Below the pieces are notes generated by a model. It was not told the DNA's origin. It was given only the letters and a program-made list of their open reading frames with translations, and searched no databases. A program made the position numbers and the translations under genes. 64,000 nucleotides of DNA from a virus. Its lineage: Duplodnaviria; Caudoviricetes. Shown here in pieces: positions 1 to 9,189 of the stretch; positions within the stretch are counted from its first letter, which is position 1; every line of letters starts with the position of its first letter. The DNA lies in the IMG/VR virus record IMGVR_UViG_3300033486_000001, positions 11,317-75,316 of that record; one strand, 5' to 3'.

Positions 1-1
1 A

Positions 2-343
2 GATCATCGGGCGAAAATATCAGCCGCTCTGACCGGTACAGTTCGATACATCCCGTCAATTAAAACCAAAGAGAAAATATCTCAATCTCTGAAGGGGAGA
101 AAGGCGACTATCGAAGCGAGAATTAATCAGTCGCTTGCTCAAACAGGCAAGAGGCGCAGGTCTTATAAAAATAACACCTCTGGCGCCAAGGGGGTTTACT
201 GGAGCAAGGGGTGTTGTAAGTGGGTAGCTCAAGTCTCAATTAATGGAAAGCGGAAATATCTCGGGATTTTCGCCTCCAAGCAGGATGCCGTTGACGCTGT
301 TTCGGGGGTGATATGCGTTGACAAGTCCACTTCGACATCTTAG
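2..343 (+). CDS. C-terminal part of a NUMOD3-repeat + AP2-domain protein (homing endonuclease-like), 5' truncated by the window edge
   Basis: Frame 2 from base 2 reads DHRAKISAALTG..TKEKISQSLKGRK..ARINQSLAQTGK (NUMOD3-like repeats), then NNTSGAKGVYWSK..KWVAQVSINGKRKYLGIF (AP2-like), stop TAG at 341-343. Not in the ORF track because it has no start codon in the window. Confidence 0.75.
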   Translation, partial: DHRAKISAALTGTVRYIPSIKTKEKISQSLKGRKATIEARINQSLAQTGKRRRSYKNNTSGAKGVYWSKGCCKWVAQVSINGKRKYLGIFASKQDAVDAVSGVICVDKSTSTS

Positions 344-404
344 ACCGCTCGTCCGGCGAACGCTAAATTCAGGAAGAACTGGTTGCGCCGGGCTCAATGG
401 GGCG

Positions 405-851
405 TCACACCGTAGCGAGCACCTCCGGAGCGTCAGAGGCTTTCGCTCCCGGTCGCCACGAGTAAAACCCGCCGTACACCTCGGTCCATCGCTTCTCGGT
501 TCGTCCGGAAGTCTTGGTAGAGGTGGTGGTGGGCAGCCATTGGACCTTGAATACGGCACCGGAAATCTGGTATCGCATATCTGCAACCCAGTCTCGTGCG
601 GCTTCGTTGGCGCGCTCAAGAGCCGTGTCTGCACTCGAGAAGACAGAGTAAACCGCCAACGACTTCTTGTCGCCAGTGCCGGTCAAGACGCCCAAAACCT
701 TCTTGCCGCTAGCCGACAAGAATGCACACTGATGTAGGATGTGCTTCCACTTGGAGTCCACGTCGAACGACGCCGAAAATGTGCCGCCAGAAAAAACGAT
801 TGATTCGAATGTTCCTTCGATGTACGGGGCGATATTATATGAGTCACACAT
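405..851 (-). CDS. hypothetical protein
   Basis: ORF in the minus-strand gene run; GGAG RBS before ATG at 851 (MCDSY...). Confidence 0.6.
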   Translation of the reverse strand: MCDSYNIAPYIEGTFESIVFSGGTFSASFDVDSKWKHILHQCAFLSASGKKVLGVLTGTGDKKSLAVYSVFSSADTALERANEAARDWVADMRYQISGAVFKVQWLPTTTSTKTSGRTEKRWTEVYGGFYSWRPGAKASDAPEVLATV

Positions 852-1131
852 TGTTTGTCTCCAACTGAATTTCCGACGCAAGATCTACCACAGTTTCTGT
901 ACCGTCGGTCAAAAACGTTTGCCGACACTCTTCGGAACAAATCGGGGCGTCCGGACACTCGTCGATTACAGCCCGCCATCCGGTCCTCTTGTTGCAAACC
1001 AAACATGGATACCGTCTGCCAGTTTGCTGGATTTGTCCCTCATCTACATCTACCACGACCGGAGCCGCCGGCACAAAAAACTGCGGCCTAAATGCCAGCA
1101 TAACCTCAGGAAACCGCTCGTCAAATCGCAT
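844..1131 (-). CDS. hypothetical protein with CxxC...CxxxC motif
   Basis: ORF overlapping its neighbours in operon fashion; CLVC and CSEEC. Confidence 0.55.
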   Translation of the reverse strand: MRFDERFPEVMLAFRPQFFVPAAPVVVDVDEGQIQQTGRRYPCLVCNKRTGWRAVIDECPDAPICSEECRQTFLTDGTETVVDLASEIQLETNNV

Positions 1132-1612
1132 CTAGGTGGCTCAAGAGCTGGTTCAACATGACTTGTCGGTATTCTTCCATCTCTTCGTTGAGTGGGTCAA
1201 TAAAGTCCTTCTTCTCTCGGTCGAGGCGCACTCGCCCGCACTCATTCTCTTGGCTAGGCAGCGACGTTACCGGGTTGTCATTAGACGACCAAGTGAAGAT
1301 GATGGTAACCGGCTCGCCTTCAAAAACATATGGTGTGGCGTACAGCGTTCCATTCTCTTGGTCAAAACCAATCGACGGCTTACGCCCTTTGGCCCATGCC
1401 TCTTGAATCCTAACCGACTCGGACTTCAGAGAGTCGAAGAACTTCAGCGCCTCTTCTTCCGTCGGGACGTTGTTCGACTCTCGGATTTGGTTTTCTGTAC
1501 ACTTCGGGCAGTAGTCGCCACCACAGTCGTCATCCGACCATCCAAGAGTGTCGTCCACTTCCATCCTACATCCGTCGCACTGAGTGCGATTGTTCTCCCA
1601 GTTCAAACTCAC
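1121..1612 (-). CDS. hypothetical protein with N-terminal Zn-ribbon-like CDGC/CPKC
   Basis: ORF packing and Cys pairs. Confidence 0.55.
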   Translation of the reverse strand: MSLNWENNRTQCDGCRMEVDDTLGWSDDDCGGDYCPKCTENQIRESNNVPTEEEALKFFDSLKSESVRIQEAWAKGRKPSIGFDQENGTLYATPYVFEGEPVTIIFTWSSNDNPVTSLPSQENECGRVRLDREKKDFIDPLNEEMEEYRQVMLNQLLSHLDAI

Positions 1613-1621
1613 GGTAATCTC

Positions 1622-1882
1622 CTAAAAAGATGAAGTCGCCATCTTGCGTTGTGTAGCTTCTAGCACCAACACCCAACAATCTCCATCGTGCCTCATGTCT
1701 AGTGTCGCAAAAGGACTTCCGCCGCAATTGTGCAACATCGGGGTGTTGGCGATTTGTTGCAGCAGTTCGACCTGCTCGCGACGTGACTCCGGAGAGCCAT
1801 GAGCGCACGGCTCGGAGCGATACTCCAACGACACTTGCTCCAAGCCGCCGCCCAGGTCAGAGCGATGTAACGTCTTCTTCAC
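1622..1882 (-). CDS. hypothetical protein
   Basis: ORF packing; ATGA overlap with upstream gene. Confidence 0.45.
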   Translation of the reverse strand: MKKTLHRSDLGGGLEQVSLEYRSEPCAHGSPESRREQVELLQQIANTPMLHNCGGSPFATLDMRHDGDCWVLVLEATQRKMATSSF

Positions 1883-2070
1883 TCCTCATCCTCATCGTCA
1901 TCGTCGTCGCGAACGTCGTTCTCGTCGTCACTGCCTTCAAACTCCAGGCCGTTCGAAGCAAGCTCTTCGTTGAGGGTGAACAAGAACTCGTTCATAACGC
2001 CCTTCGAGGCCTTGGGGAGAACTGCAACGGCAACATCGCGGACAATAGAATCAAACTCGGAATGGGTCAT
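1879..2070 (-). CDS. small acidic hypothetical protein
   Basis: 63 aa ORF ending in DDENDVRDDDDDEDEE; GGAG RBS. Confidence 0.6.
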   Translation of the reverse strand: MTHSEFDSIVRDVAVAVLPKASKGVMNEFLFTLNEELASNGLEFEGSDDENDVRDDDDDEDEE

Positions 2071-2102
2071 TTTACAACTCCTTGGTTTTACTGCGTGTTT
2101 TG

Positions 2103-2438
2103 CTACTCGAAATAAGGTAGAAAGTGTATGCCATCTCCGAGTGTCTTTCCTTCGGGAGGGGTGGCGGTCGTCTCGTAGTTGCTCGTGGTCGCTGGAGCTG
2201 CATTGCCGATGGGCGTTTCTGGATACCCAAACCGAAGTTCCCGAATGGCTGCCGCATCATCGGTCGACACCAGCGGTAGCGCCAGGTTAATGAGTTGCTG
2301 GAGCTGCTTGAGTTCCGACTCCGAGACGAAAAGCGCATTTTGCATCTTACCTGCAACTTCCTTCTGCAGGGTGTAGGAAGGAGGGGCCACTGGCGTATTG
2401 CCACCGATGTCAGTTTGGTTTGTTCTGATCAGCTTCAT
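2103..2438 (-). CDS. hypothetical protein
   Basis: ORF packing; Thr/Pro-rich C-terminus. Confidence 0.5.
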   Translation of the reverse strand: MKLIRTNQTDIGGNTPVAPPSYTLQKEVAGKMQNALFVSESELKQLQQLINLALPLVSTDDAAAIRELRFGYPETPIGNAAPATTSNYETTATPPEGKTLGDGIHFLPYFE

Positions 2439-2439
2439 C

Positions 2440-2745
2440 CTACAACTCCTTCACGTAATTCGGAAAAACGAACAGCGGTCCAAAGGTGTACTCGATGTTC
2501 TTGGCGTCCGACAAGGTCCATTTTACATCCCACGGACACATCAGAAGAGGTGGATTGCCATCTCCAGACGCGGGAGCATAACACTTCTTGGTCCGCTTCA
2601 CTTGGTCGGCCGACCACTTATTCAACATATTCACCTTTTGGCACGCTGCAGACGCGGTGTCTACTACCCCGACCGTCCACTCGAGACGTTTGCTACGCCA
2701 AAACGACTTCCTCTTTCCAGTCACAGCCCACGCTTTGAGCTCCAT
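2440..2745 (-). CDS. hypothetical protein
   Basis: GGAGG RBS 5 nt before ATG at 2745, which overlaps the upstream TAA. Confidence 0.55.
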   Translation of the reverse strand: MELKAWAVTGKRKSFWRSKRLEWTVGVVDTASAACQKVNMLNKWSADQVKRTKKCYAPASGDGNPPLLMCPWDVKWTLSDAKNIEYTFGPLFVFPNYVKEL

Positions 2746-3530
2746 TATTTCCTCCAGGGGTGCCACGTTACGCCAGCGCCATACGAGATACCAATATTAC
2801 TTCCAGCCGTCAACCACACTTTAGGTCCCAACTCGAATTTCCCGAAGTCGTACGACACACCGGCCCCACCCAAAAATCCAGTCCCACCAACACCCAAGTC
2901 AAGTGTTCCGCCCAACTTCTCATACCACTTCGACTGCAACATTCTAGGATTCACTCCAGCCAAGCGGATGTTGATTCCAACATTCTCTTCCGATGACGTG
3001 ACATGCGACTCCCACGCCCCGTCGTCCTTCTGGCCGACCACCAGCGTCACTTGGAGGGGGCGTTTTTGTTGCACTTTCACGTAAGCCTCCGCCGGATTTG
3101 TCTTGGTCCAACCATCCACCCCAATATAACCAAAGTCCTTTGTAAAGTCAACTTGAACGCGACCTGGCTGCGTATCGTCAGTGTGCTGATTGGCATTAGC
3201 CAGACCCTCGTAGGCCTTTTTCCACTGTAGAGTCAAGGAGTTGGCCGTCAAGAGCGTCTCACCGGTCTTCTTGAGTTCGTCACCCAAGAGCTTGACTTGA
3301 ACGTCCTTCGAGTCCAGCAAAGACTGCAACTGCTCGTGCTCAACCATGAGCTTGCTATAAACCCCCGCCTGCACCTCGACGGTATGGTCTTTGTCGGCCA
3401 CGGCATTGCGCAGCGTTCGCAACTCGTTCTCGTAAGAGCAGCTCTTGATGCCGCCGAAGGCGAGCAAAACTACGATGGCCGCGAAGAGGCCGGTGGAGAT
3501 GTACTTAACTACGGTATCGGGGATTGTCAT
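2745..3530 (-). CDS. membrane-anchored coiled-coil protein with beta-rich C-terminus
   Basis: Start MTIPDT at 3530 (ATGA overlap); TM segment YISTGLFAAIVVLLAFGGI; heptad region; Gly/aromatic-rich beta-like C-terminus. Confidence 0.65.
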   Translation of the reverse strand: MTIPDTVVKYISTGLFAAIVVLLAFGGIKSCSYENELRTLRNAVADKDHTVEVQAGVYSKLMVEHEQLQSLLDSKDVQVKLLGDELKKTGETLLTANSLTLQWKKAYEGLANANQHTDDTQPGRVQVDFTKDFGYIGVDGWTKTNPAEAYVKVQQKRPLQVTLVVGQKDDGAWESHVTSSEENVGINIRLAGVNPRMLQSKWYEKLGGTLDLGVGGTGFLGGAGVSYDFGKFELGPKVWLTAGSNIGISYGAGVTWHPWRK

Positions 3531-3853
3531 AGTGACTTCCAAGCTACAACGCGCTCTCGGTCGTTGTGAATGTCGTGATCTTTGTGATCGTATGTGTTGC
3601 CACACGAGTCGACCCAGCCGCGGAGGAGGCCGTACCCGATTTGTGTTTCGTGGTAACAGTACGGCTTCAGCACTCGAATATACGCGGACTCCACCTCTGG
3701 AGCGCGCATATCGACGATACAGCACAGATAGTAGCCGTCTGACTCGAACACACCCTTCTCGTTCTTCACCTCGAGTACGCACTTGCTCTGGGGAAATTCC
3801 AAGGTTTCCCAAGTATCCGCACCGATAGCCTTCAACATCTCCACTTGATTCAT
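3527..3853 (-). CDS. hypothetical protein
   Basis: ORF packing. Confidence 0.55.
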   Translation of the reverse strand: MNQVEMLKAIGADTWETLEFPQSKCVLEVKNEKGVFESDGYYLCCIVDMRAPEVESAYIRVLKPYCYHETQIGYGLLRGWVDSCGNTYDHKDHDIHNDRERVVAWKSL

Positions 3854-3854
3854 A

Positions 3855-4409
3855 TCAGTCTCCCAAAATCGCGTCGATAAAGCCGGCCTTCAGCGCCTCT
3901 GCTGCCGTGAAGTATGTTTCTTTCTCGCACCACTTAGCCATTTGCTTCTCTGAAGCGCCGCTACGGCGAGCTAAGAGGCTTTGGTAGCGCCGATTAGACA
4001 GATTACACTCCTCATTGAGTCGATTGAGCCCCTTAGTGTCAATGTCATCGCCCGACATTGTCATGGTGGCATTATGCACCATCATCATGGCATTCGCCGT
4101 CATAATCCGCTTCTTCCCGGCCTGCAAGAGCACGGCTCCGATAGAATACACGCCACCGACGCCGAAAGTGGTGGTGGGGTTTTTGCAATTGTGAATCACG
4201 TCGTACAAACCCATGCCGGCGTCACTGTCGCCCCCAGGGGTCGAGATATGGACACCAATGGGACCTTTGGTCTCATCCAACATGAAAATTCCCGGTAGCA
4301 AGTCTTGAGCCAACTTATCTGAAATCGCGCCGAAGATGTAAACTCGGCGGGCGGAAAAGTCGATGCCAGAAGACTTGGCTGTATCTAGGCGCTGCGTCTT
4401 GGTAGTCAT
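3855..4409 (-). CDS. clpP: ClpP-family serine protease subunit
   Basis: RRVYIFGAI, ISTPGG, GGVYSIG (catalytic Ser), KRIMTANAMMMVHN (catalytic His). Confidence 0.88.
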   Translation of the reverse strand: MTTKTQRLDTAKSSGIDFSARRVYIFGAISDKLAQDLLPGIFMLDETKGPIGVHISTPGGDSDAGMGLYDVIHNCKNPTTTFGVGGVYSIGAVLLQAGKKRIMTANAMMMVHNATMTMSGDDIDTKGLNRLNEECNLSNRRYQSLLARRSGASEKQMAKWCEKETYFTAAEALKAGFIDAILGD

Positions 4410-4441
4410 AGACCTTCAATACCTCAAAATGGAATCAAACG

Positions 4442-5941
4442 TCAAGGGGCTAATTTTTCGTAAAATCGAATTTTCTCTGGAGGCACTGAACGACCCCGAA
4501 ACTCTCGGAACGCCTCCACAGCCTTGTGGCTAACGGACGACGATCCACGGTACGTGAATGCCCCCAAAAAGTCGGAGTGCGTCGTACATCGGTCGTAGTC
4601 GGTCTTGCACGTAACAGCCCATCCAGTGGAACTCGAACGAGACTTACAGATGTAATAAGTCAAGAAGCTGTTATTGGCGTCGTCGTCGGTACGGTTCAAG
4701 GTCAATACTGTAGCCGCGGATTGCATAATGCCGAAAGCTTCGTGCACGTCCTCCATGACCAATAGTCTTGTTTCATTCTTCTGGCTGCCGTGGCGCCGAT
4801 TCACCTTTGAACCTTCACGGTTTGTCTGTACTGCCACCAACACGGACATCTTGTGCTGAATGCCTATTTGAAGGAATTGGTTGTATACAATTGCTTGAAT
4901 ATGTCTGAGTTCCATGTGCCCCTTAGAGCCCACTTCAGACATGAGGTTGGCCGGATAGTCGTCGACCAACAGATCATACCCGCGTCCCGTGGCCAACCGC
5001 CTGTTTTCTTGGAACTTGTTGATGGTTGTGATGACCTCTTCCGCCGTCAGACCTGGGCGGTTGATTGGGATAAATGTAAGGTGCCTGCGGAGCATTTCTT
5101 CGTACGCCGCCATCATGGTCATCTTTTCGGGGTCTTGGTAGGCCCGTACCAGTTCCGGAGTAGTCATGGCTGTGAGACACCGCATGATTTTGTCTTGGAT
5201 TTCGTCTTCTGTACCTTCATGCGTCAGGAACAACACACCCTTGCCCTTGGCGACGTTGGCAACGGCTGTAGTCACAAGGGCTGACGTCTTGCCTGAGTTA
5301 ACAGAAGACATAAGTACAGTCATATGTCCGGGGAACAAGCATCCGCCGGTGGGGTACTTTGATAGCAACCGGTCGATCATCTCCGCACCAAAGGTCAGAG
5401 CCTGCCCGGAGTCTTGCTCTTGCCGGAGGATTTTTTCCCGGTAGTTATTGAAGCTGACTTCGCCCGTCTTCATGAACTGCACGTCGTGGTAGTCGGCTAT
5501 GAGCCGATTAAGGGCGCCAGCGGATTCGTCGAATTTTTGCAGATTGAACTGATTGATTGCTTTGGGTAGGCCGATTTGCAGCAATCGAGCCTTGATCCAG
5601 ACTTCCATCTCCGACAACAGCGGCTCGGGAGAATACGTAGTCCGCGACTGTTTGGCAATACCGGCGAGAGCTCGAGCTTGATTAGCTGTATGTGTGTCCA
5701 GTCGACCGATGTATTCGCTGTCGAGTAGTTCCGACATGGTGGGCATTCGCCCCCAACGCTTCCACCAAGACTTCGACGCGTCGAATACCTTGGCGGCCAC
5801 CGGGTCCGAGAACCAAGAAGCCTCAAGGCGGCTGATGACGGTCGAGTAGAACTTCTCGTCGCAGACCACATACCCCAAAACCGCTCGCTGCTTGTCGGGG
5901 CTAAACGGCAAAGACTGCGTGTCGATGGTACCTTCTGACAT
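4442..5941 (-). CDS. dnaB: replicative DnaB-like (SF4) DNA helicase
   Basis: Walker A SSVNSGKT, FLTHE, LLVDDY Walker B, QTNR, KSR; adjacent to primase. Confidence 0.85.
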   Translation of the reverse strand: MSEGTIDTQSLPFSPDKQRAVLGYVVCDEKFYSTVISRLEASWFSDPVAAKVFDASKSWWKRWGRMPTMSELLDSEYIGRLDTHTANQARALAGIAKQSRTTYSPEPLLSEMEVWIKARLLQIGLPKAINQFNLQKFDESAGALNRLIADYHDVQFMKTGEVSFNNYREKILRQEQDSGQALTFGAEMIDRLLSKYPTGGCLFPGHMTVLMSSVNSGKTSALVTTAVANVAKGKGVLFLTHEGTEDEIQDKIMRCLTAMTTPELVRAYQDPEKMTMMAAYEEMLRRHLTFIPINRPGLTAEEVITTINKFQENRRLATGRGYDLLVDDYPANLMSEVGSKGHMELRHIQAIVYNQFLQIGIQHKMSVLVAVQTNREGSKVNRRHGSQKNETRLLVMEDVHEAFGIMQSAATVLTLNRTDDDANNSFLTYYICKSRSSSTGWAVTCKTDYDRCTTHSDFLGAFTYRGSSSVSHKAVEAFREFRGRSVPPEKIRFYEKLAP

Positions 5942-6958
5942 TTAATGGGCTCCGAAGTGATTCTTGAGGAAAAACACGATTTGTGCTGGATTAAGAATGG
6001 GGGCTCGGTCGACTAGCCCCTTGACGTCCAGGATGGGCATATCGCCCAGGTCCTTGTAGGGCGCTGGCGGGCGGAGATCGTACAGTACGATGTCGGCTAG
6101 CGCCCTCCTGAGGCGATCTAGCTCCAAGTAAGCGTCCGGATCGAGGGCTAAGTACAGTTTCGTAATCCCGCAATTCCTCAAGAGTTGCAGCTGGCTATTG
6201 GCGACCGCTTTGCCCATTGCAGCGACGTTGCCTCCGCCGCCACAGTGCGCTTTAAGGGCGTCCATCGGACCTTCACATAAAATCGCCTGATCGCCGGTGA
6301 TGCGATCGGAGAACATCAAAGTCTGGTCGCGCTTGAGTTCTGGGTTGGTCAGCACCTTCAATGGGGACACCACTTTACGCAAACGTTCGTTCCAGTATGA
6401 CTTGTCGTTATCAATCAATCGAGACTGGTAACCCAATAAGTTGCCGCGAGAAATGACTGGGAACATCACCCGTCGTTCCGACGGCCAATACCGGATTGAA
6501 TATTCCATCGCCAAACCCATCGGGACACCTCTGGACTCCAAATATCTCACGCCGGGGGCCGCATCTTGACACTCCAGCGTCACAGAATCAGCGGGCCATT
6601 GCACTGTCTTGAGCGTTGGTTCTAGATCCATGTAGTCATCGTCATCATCGTCAGAGAAATCTTGCGCACCAACGCCTAAAATAAGGCCGGAACCTTGCGG
6701 CTCATCGTTATACAGCGCCTTACGTACTTCGCTGAGTCGGAGTCCGCACAAATCTGCTAGCGCGAACTCCGGCTTCCCTTGGTACCCTTCAATCTCGCGA
6801 CAGTACCAGCAAACAAACCGCCCGGACTGTCGCATCATATACATCTTGTCCGACTTGTTGCACTTCGGACATTCCATAATGAATGATTTTGAGTTGGTTT
6901 TGAAGTCGACACCGTGTGTTTGTAAAAGCTCTCGAATTTTAGGTTCAAGTGTCTGCAC
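5942..6958 (-). CDS. DNA primase (Zn-finger + TOPRIM)
   Basis: CPKC..CWYC zinc finger; ILCEGPMDAL and LALDPD TOPRIM motifs. Confidence 0.88.
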   Translation of the reverse strand: MQTLEPKIRELLQTHGVDFKTNSKSFIMECPKCNKSDKMYMMRQSGRFVCWYCREIEGYQGKPEFALADLCGLRLSEVRKALYNDEPQGSGLILGVGAQDFSDDDDDDYMDLEPTLKTVQWPADSVTLECQDAAPGVRYLESRGVPMGLAMEYSIRYWPSERRVMFPVISRGNLLGYQSRLIDNDKSYWNERLRKVVSPLKVLTNPELKRDQTLMFSDRITGDQAILCEGPMDALKAHCGGGGNVAAMGKAVANSQLQLLRNCGITKLYLALDPDAYLELDRLRRALADIVLYDLRPPAPYKDLGDMPILDVKGLVDRAPILNPAQIVFFLKNHFGAH

Positions 6959-6995
6959 GGTGTCGACCTCTCTTATCTATAGCGTTGAATTACGA

Positions 6996-7124
6996 TTACC
7001 GACGCCAGTACCAATCGCCCCACTTCTCGACGAGCCAGTATGTAAGGCCTACACCAATACTGGTCGCGAATAGCGCGACAAAGCCTAGTGCAATCAATAC
7101 TACGGCAATTATGTCTAGCGTCAC
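6996..7124 (-). CDS. 42-aa single-pass membrane protein
   Basis: GTG-start ORF MTLDIIAVVLIALGFVALFATSIGVGLTYWLVEKWGDWYWRR fills the gap; below the ORF-track size cutoff. Confidence 0.5.
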   Translation of the reverse strand: MTLDIIAVVLIALGFVALFATSIGVGLTYWLVEKWGDWYWRR

Positions 7125-7158
7125 GGTGTCGACTCCCTTAAGTTACGACTACTCTAAA

Positions 7159-7371
7159 TTAAAAAGCAAACGTCGGTGAACCGGGCTTAGACTTCCACGA
7201 CAAGTGGATCCACTTGGGCGGTACGTAGTGCGACACGCCCTTCTCATCTAGGATACGATGACCTCCAGATGCCGACACATTCAGTTCGAGGGGTTCGTTG
7301 ATAATGACCGTCGACTTGTCTGGAAACTCGTACGAACGGTAAATCTCGTGACTAATATCCTTAAATTCCAT
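7159..7371 (-). CDS. small conserved phage hypothetical protein
   Basis: MEFKDISHE..LNVSASGGHRILD..SHYVP..W; AGGA RBS. Confidence 0.65.
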   Translation of the reverse strand: MEFKDISHEIYRSYEFPDKSTVIINEPLELNVSASGGHRILDEKGVSHYVPPKWIHLSWKSKPGSPTFAF

Positions 7372-7385
7372 GATGTTGTCCTTTC

Positions 7386-8573
7386 TTACAGAACTACAGG
7401 GACTTTGGAAGGCTTGAGTATGCTCGATGCTTCCTCAGATGTGCCGAAATCCTCCGGAGCGGGGACTTCGTGGGCGTAATGTCCGGCCATGTCTCGCTTC
7501 TTGAGTTCGGTTACAATCCGAGTGCAAAGCTGCGGGTCCGACTTGAGAGCGGTGAGACACATTTCCTTACCGCGCCACTCTTGATCTTCGAAGTTGTACA
7601 TCACGTTGCTAGGCTTCGTGATGATACCACGAGCGACGCCAAGAAGGAAGACCTCTTCGTGGGTGTTGATGATCCCTTTGGCGTAATCCAAAGTGAACTC
7701 ACCAACACGCCCCTTGGGACCGAGCGAGGAATCCATCATCTTACAGCGGACTTTATGGCCCGTCTTCTCGGCATTACCTTGCATGTCCTCCAGGTTTGTG
7801 TCCTTGAAGTCGTTGCCCAGCAAGTCCTTCTTGGCGTCTGCCCCACCGGCCGGCGCAACGTACATGAAGTACTCACAGTGATGCTGCGTACCAAACGAGA
7901 CCCCAGGTCGAACCGCCGTGCTCTGTGACGTATGGACAATCGACGAACCGCCGGCCTTGGTGTCCATCTGAGCGCGGATGTGAGTGGTCAGAATCAAGCC
8001 AAAACGACACGCACGCTGGACGGGGAGGATACGCTTGAGTCCGCATCCGATGGTTAACGCGTCGTCGCCGATTTGCTGGGTCATAATGGAGGTGGCATTG
8101 CCAGCCCGTCGACCTTGAACACCATTGATGGAGTCGATAATGACCAACCCCAAGTCCATGCCGTCCTGCACTAGGGCTGCAAGCTCGGTCTCGATACGGT
8201 CAAAGATGTGGTCGGGCTGGTTGACTTCAAACGCCACGTACCGGTCGGCATCAATACCCCAAATCGCCTGGCGATCCGCACCGGACTGGGCTGCTTCACG
8301 AAATTCCGTGTTGAACTTCACGACCCAGCCGTTAGGATTGGTGCGGTGGAACTGCCCAGCCATAGAGTCGCAAATGACCGACTTGCCGCCACGGGGTGGT
8401 CCGTACAGGAGCAAGCTGAGTCCGCGCGGCAGCCCCTGACCATTTCCGAAAACGAAGTTGAGCGCCGGAGAGGGCGACTGGATGACGTCCGAATGAATGT
8501 CTCTTGCCCCCATAGAAGCCCCTGGGAGCTTCATGAGTTTTTCCATGAATCGTCGATTGTCTTTTGTAGCCAT
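7386..8573 (-). CDS. recA: RecA/UvsX-like recombinase
   Basis: SPSPALN, Walker A YGPPRGGKS, VIIDS Walker B, GRVGEFTLDYAKGI. Confidence 0.9.
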   Translation of the reverse strand: MATKDNRRFMEKLMKLPGASMGARDIHSDVIQSPSPALNFVFGNGQGLPRGLSLLLYGPPRGGKSVICDSMAGQFHRTNPNGWVVKFNTEFREAAQSGADRQAIWGIDADRYVAFEVNQPDHIFDRIETELAALVQDGMDLGLVIIDSINGVQGRRAGNATSIMTQQIGDDALTIGCGLKRILPVQRACRFGLILTTHIRAQMDTKAGGSSIVHTSQSTAVRPGVSFGTQHHCEYFMYVAPAGGADAKKDLLGNDFKDTNLEDMQGNAEKTGHKVRCKMMDSSLGPKGRVGEFTLDYAKGIINTHEEVFLLGVARGIITKPSNVMYNFEDQEWRGKEMCLTALKSDPQLCTRIVTELKKRDMAGHYAHEVPAPEDFGTSEEASSILKPSKVPVVL

Positions 8574-8576
8574 TGA

Positions 8577-9140
8577 TTACCTCTGAGTGCCCCAATAGGA
8601 TTCATTCGGGCCGACTGTTGGTGATGGATTGTATGTAGTTGGTAGGTTTGGATTTTGTCGTTGCATCGATGTATCTTGACCGAGCATCTTCTTGACTGCA
8701 TTGTACGCGTTCTCGAAAGCTCGTTTTTGGCCTTCGAGCGCTGCGATGTAGCATTGAGTTTGATTCACAAGTTCGAGTGCCTGTAAGTACTCTGGGTCGG
8801 AGTCCAAAAAGGCTTGTCGGATGTCTTCTGAGCCGAGGGGTGAGCGGGTGGTGGCCAACCCCTTCGCTTGAAGCATTGCCGGCAATCTGTCGAGCAGTAG
8901 AATGGCTCGAACGCTGTTGGCTTTGGTCTTGGCTTGAATCAGCTCGTACTCCAGCTTTGCAAGACATCTAGTGGTGTCGAGGTACGCCATATTGAATAGA
9001 GCCATGAGCTCTGGAGCTCGAGCTTGATTGCTATATGCGACCTCTGGAAGACGTTGTTGGGCGTATACGATTGTGGTCGTGTCGAGAATCAACGGATTCG
9101 CCGGGTCCGTCCGTGGGACGCTGATGATTTGAGTTTCCAT
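8577..9140 (-). CDS. putative UvsY-like recombination mediator
   Basis: Helical protein with FLDSDPEY..LE..Q.YI..LE....FENA pattern; lies between SSB and RecA/UvsX. Confidence 0.45.
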   Translation of the reverse strand: METQIISVPRTDPANPLILDTTTIVYAQQRLPEVAYSNQARAPELMALFNMAYLDTTRCLAKLEYELIQAKTKANSVRAILLLDRLPAMLQAKGLATTRSPLGSEDIRQAFLDSDPEYLQALELVNQTQCYIAALEGQKRAFENAYNAVKKMLGQDTSMQRQNPNLPTTYNPSPTVGPNESYWGTQR

Positions 9141-9151
9141 GTGACCTTAAC

Positions 9152-9176
9152 GGCGGGGGTGTTACCCCCCCCCGCC
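9152..9176 (-). terminator. GC-rich hairpin between SSB and the UvsY-like gene
   Basis: GGCGGGGG/CCCCCGCC inverted repeat in the intergenic gap; weak U-tract. Confidence 0.4.
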
Positions 9177-9189
9177 TATTGGTGTTGGA

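Noticed and set aside
3855-4409. ClpP as the capsid maturation protease
   Set aside because: It is distant from the head genes, and a canonical prohead protease is present at 55889.
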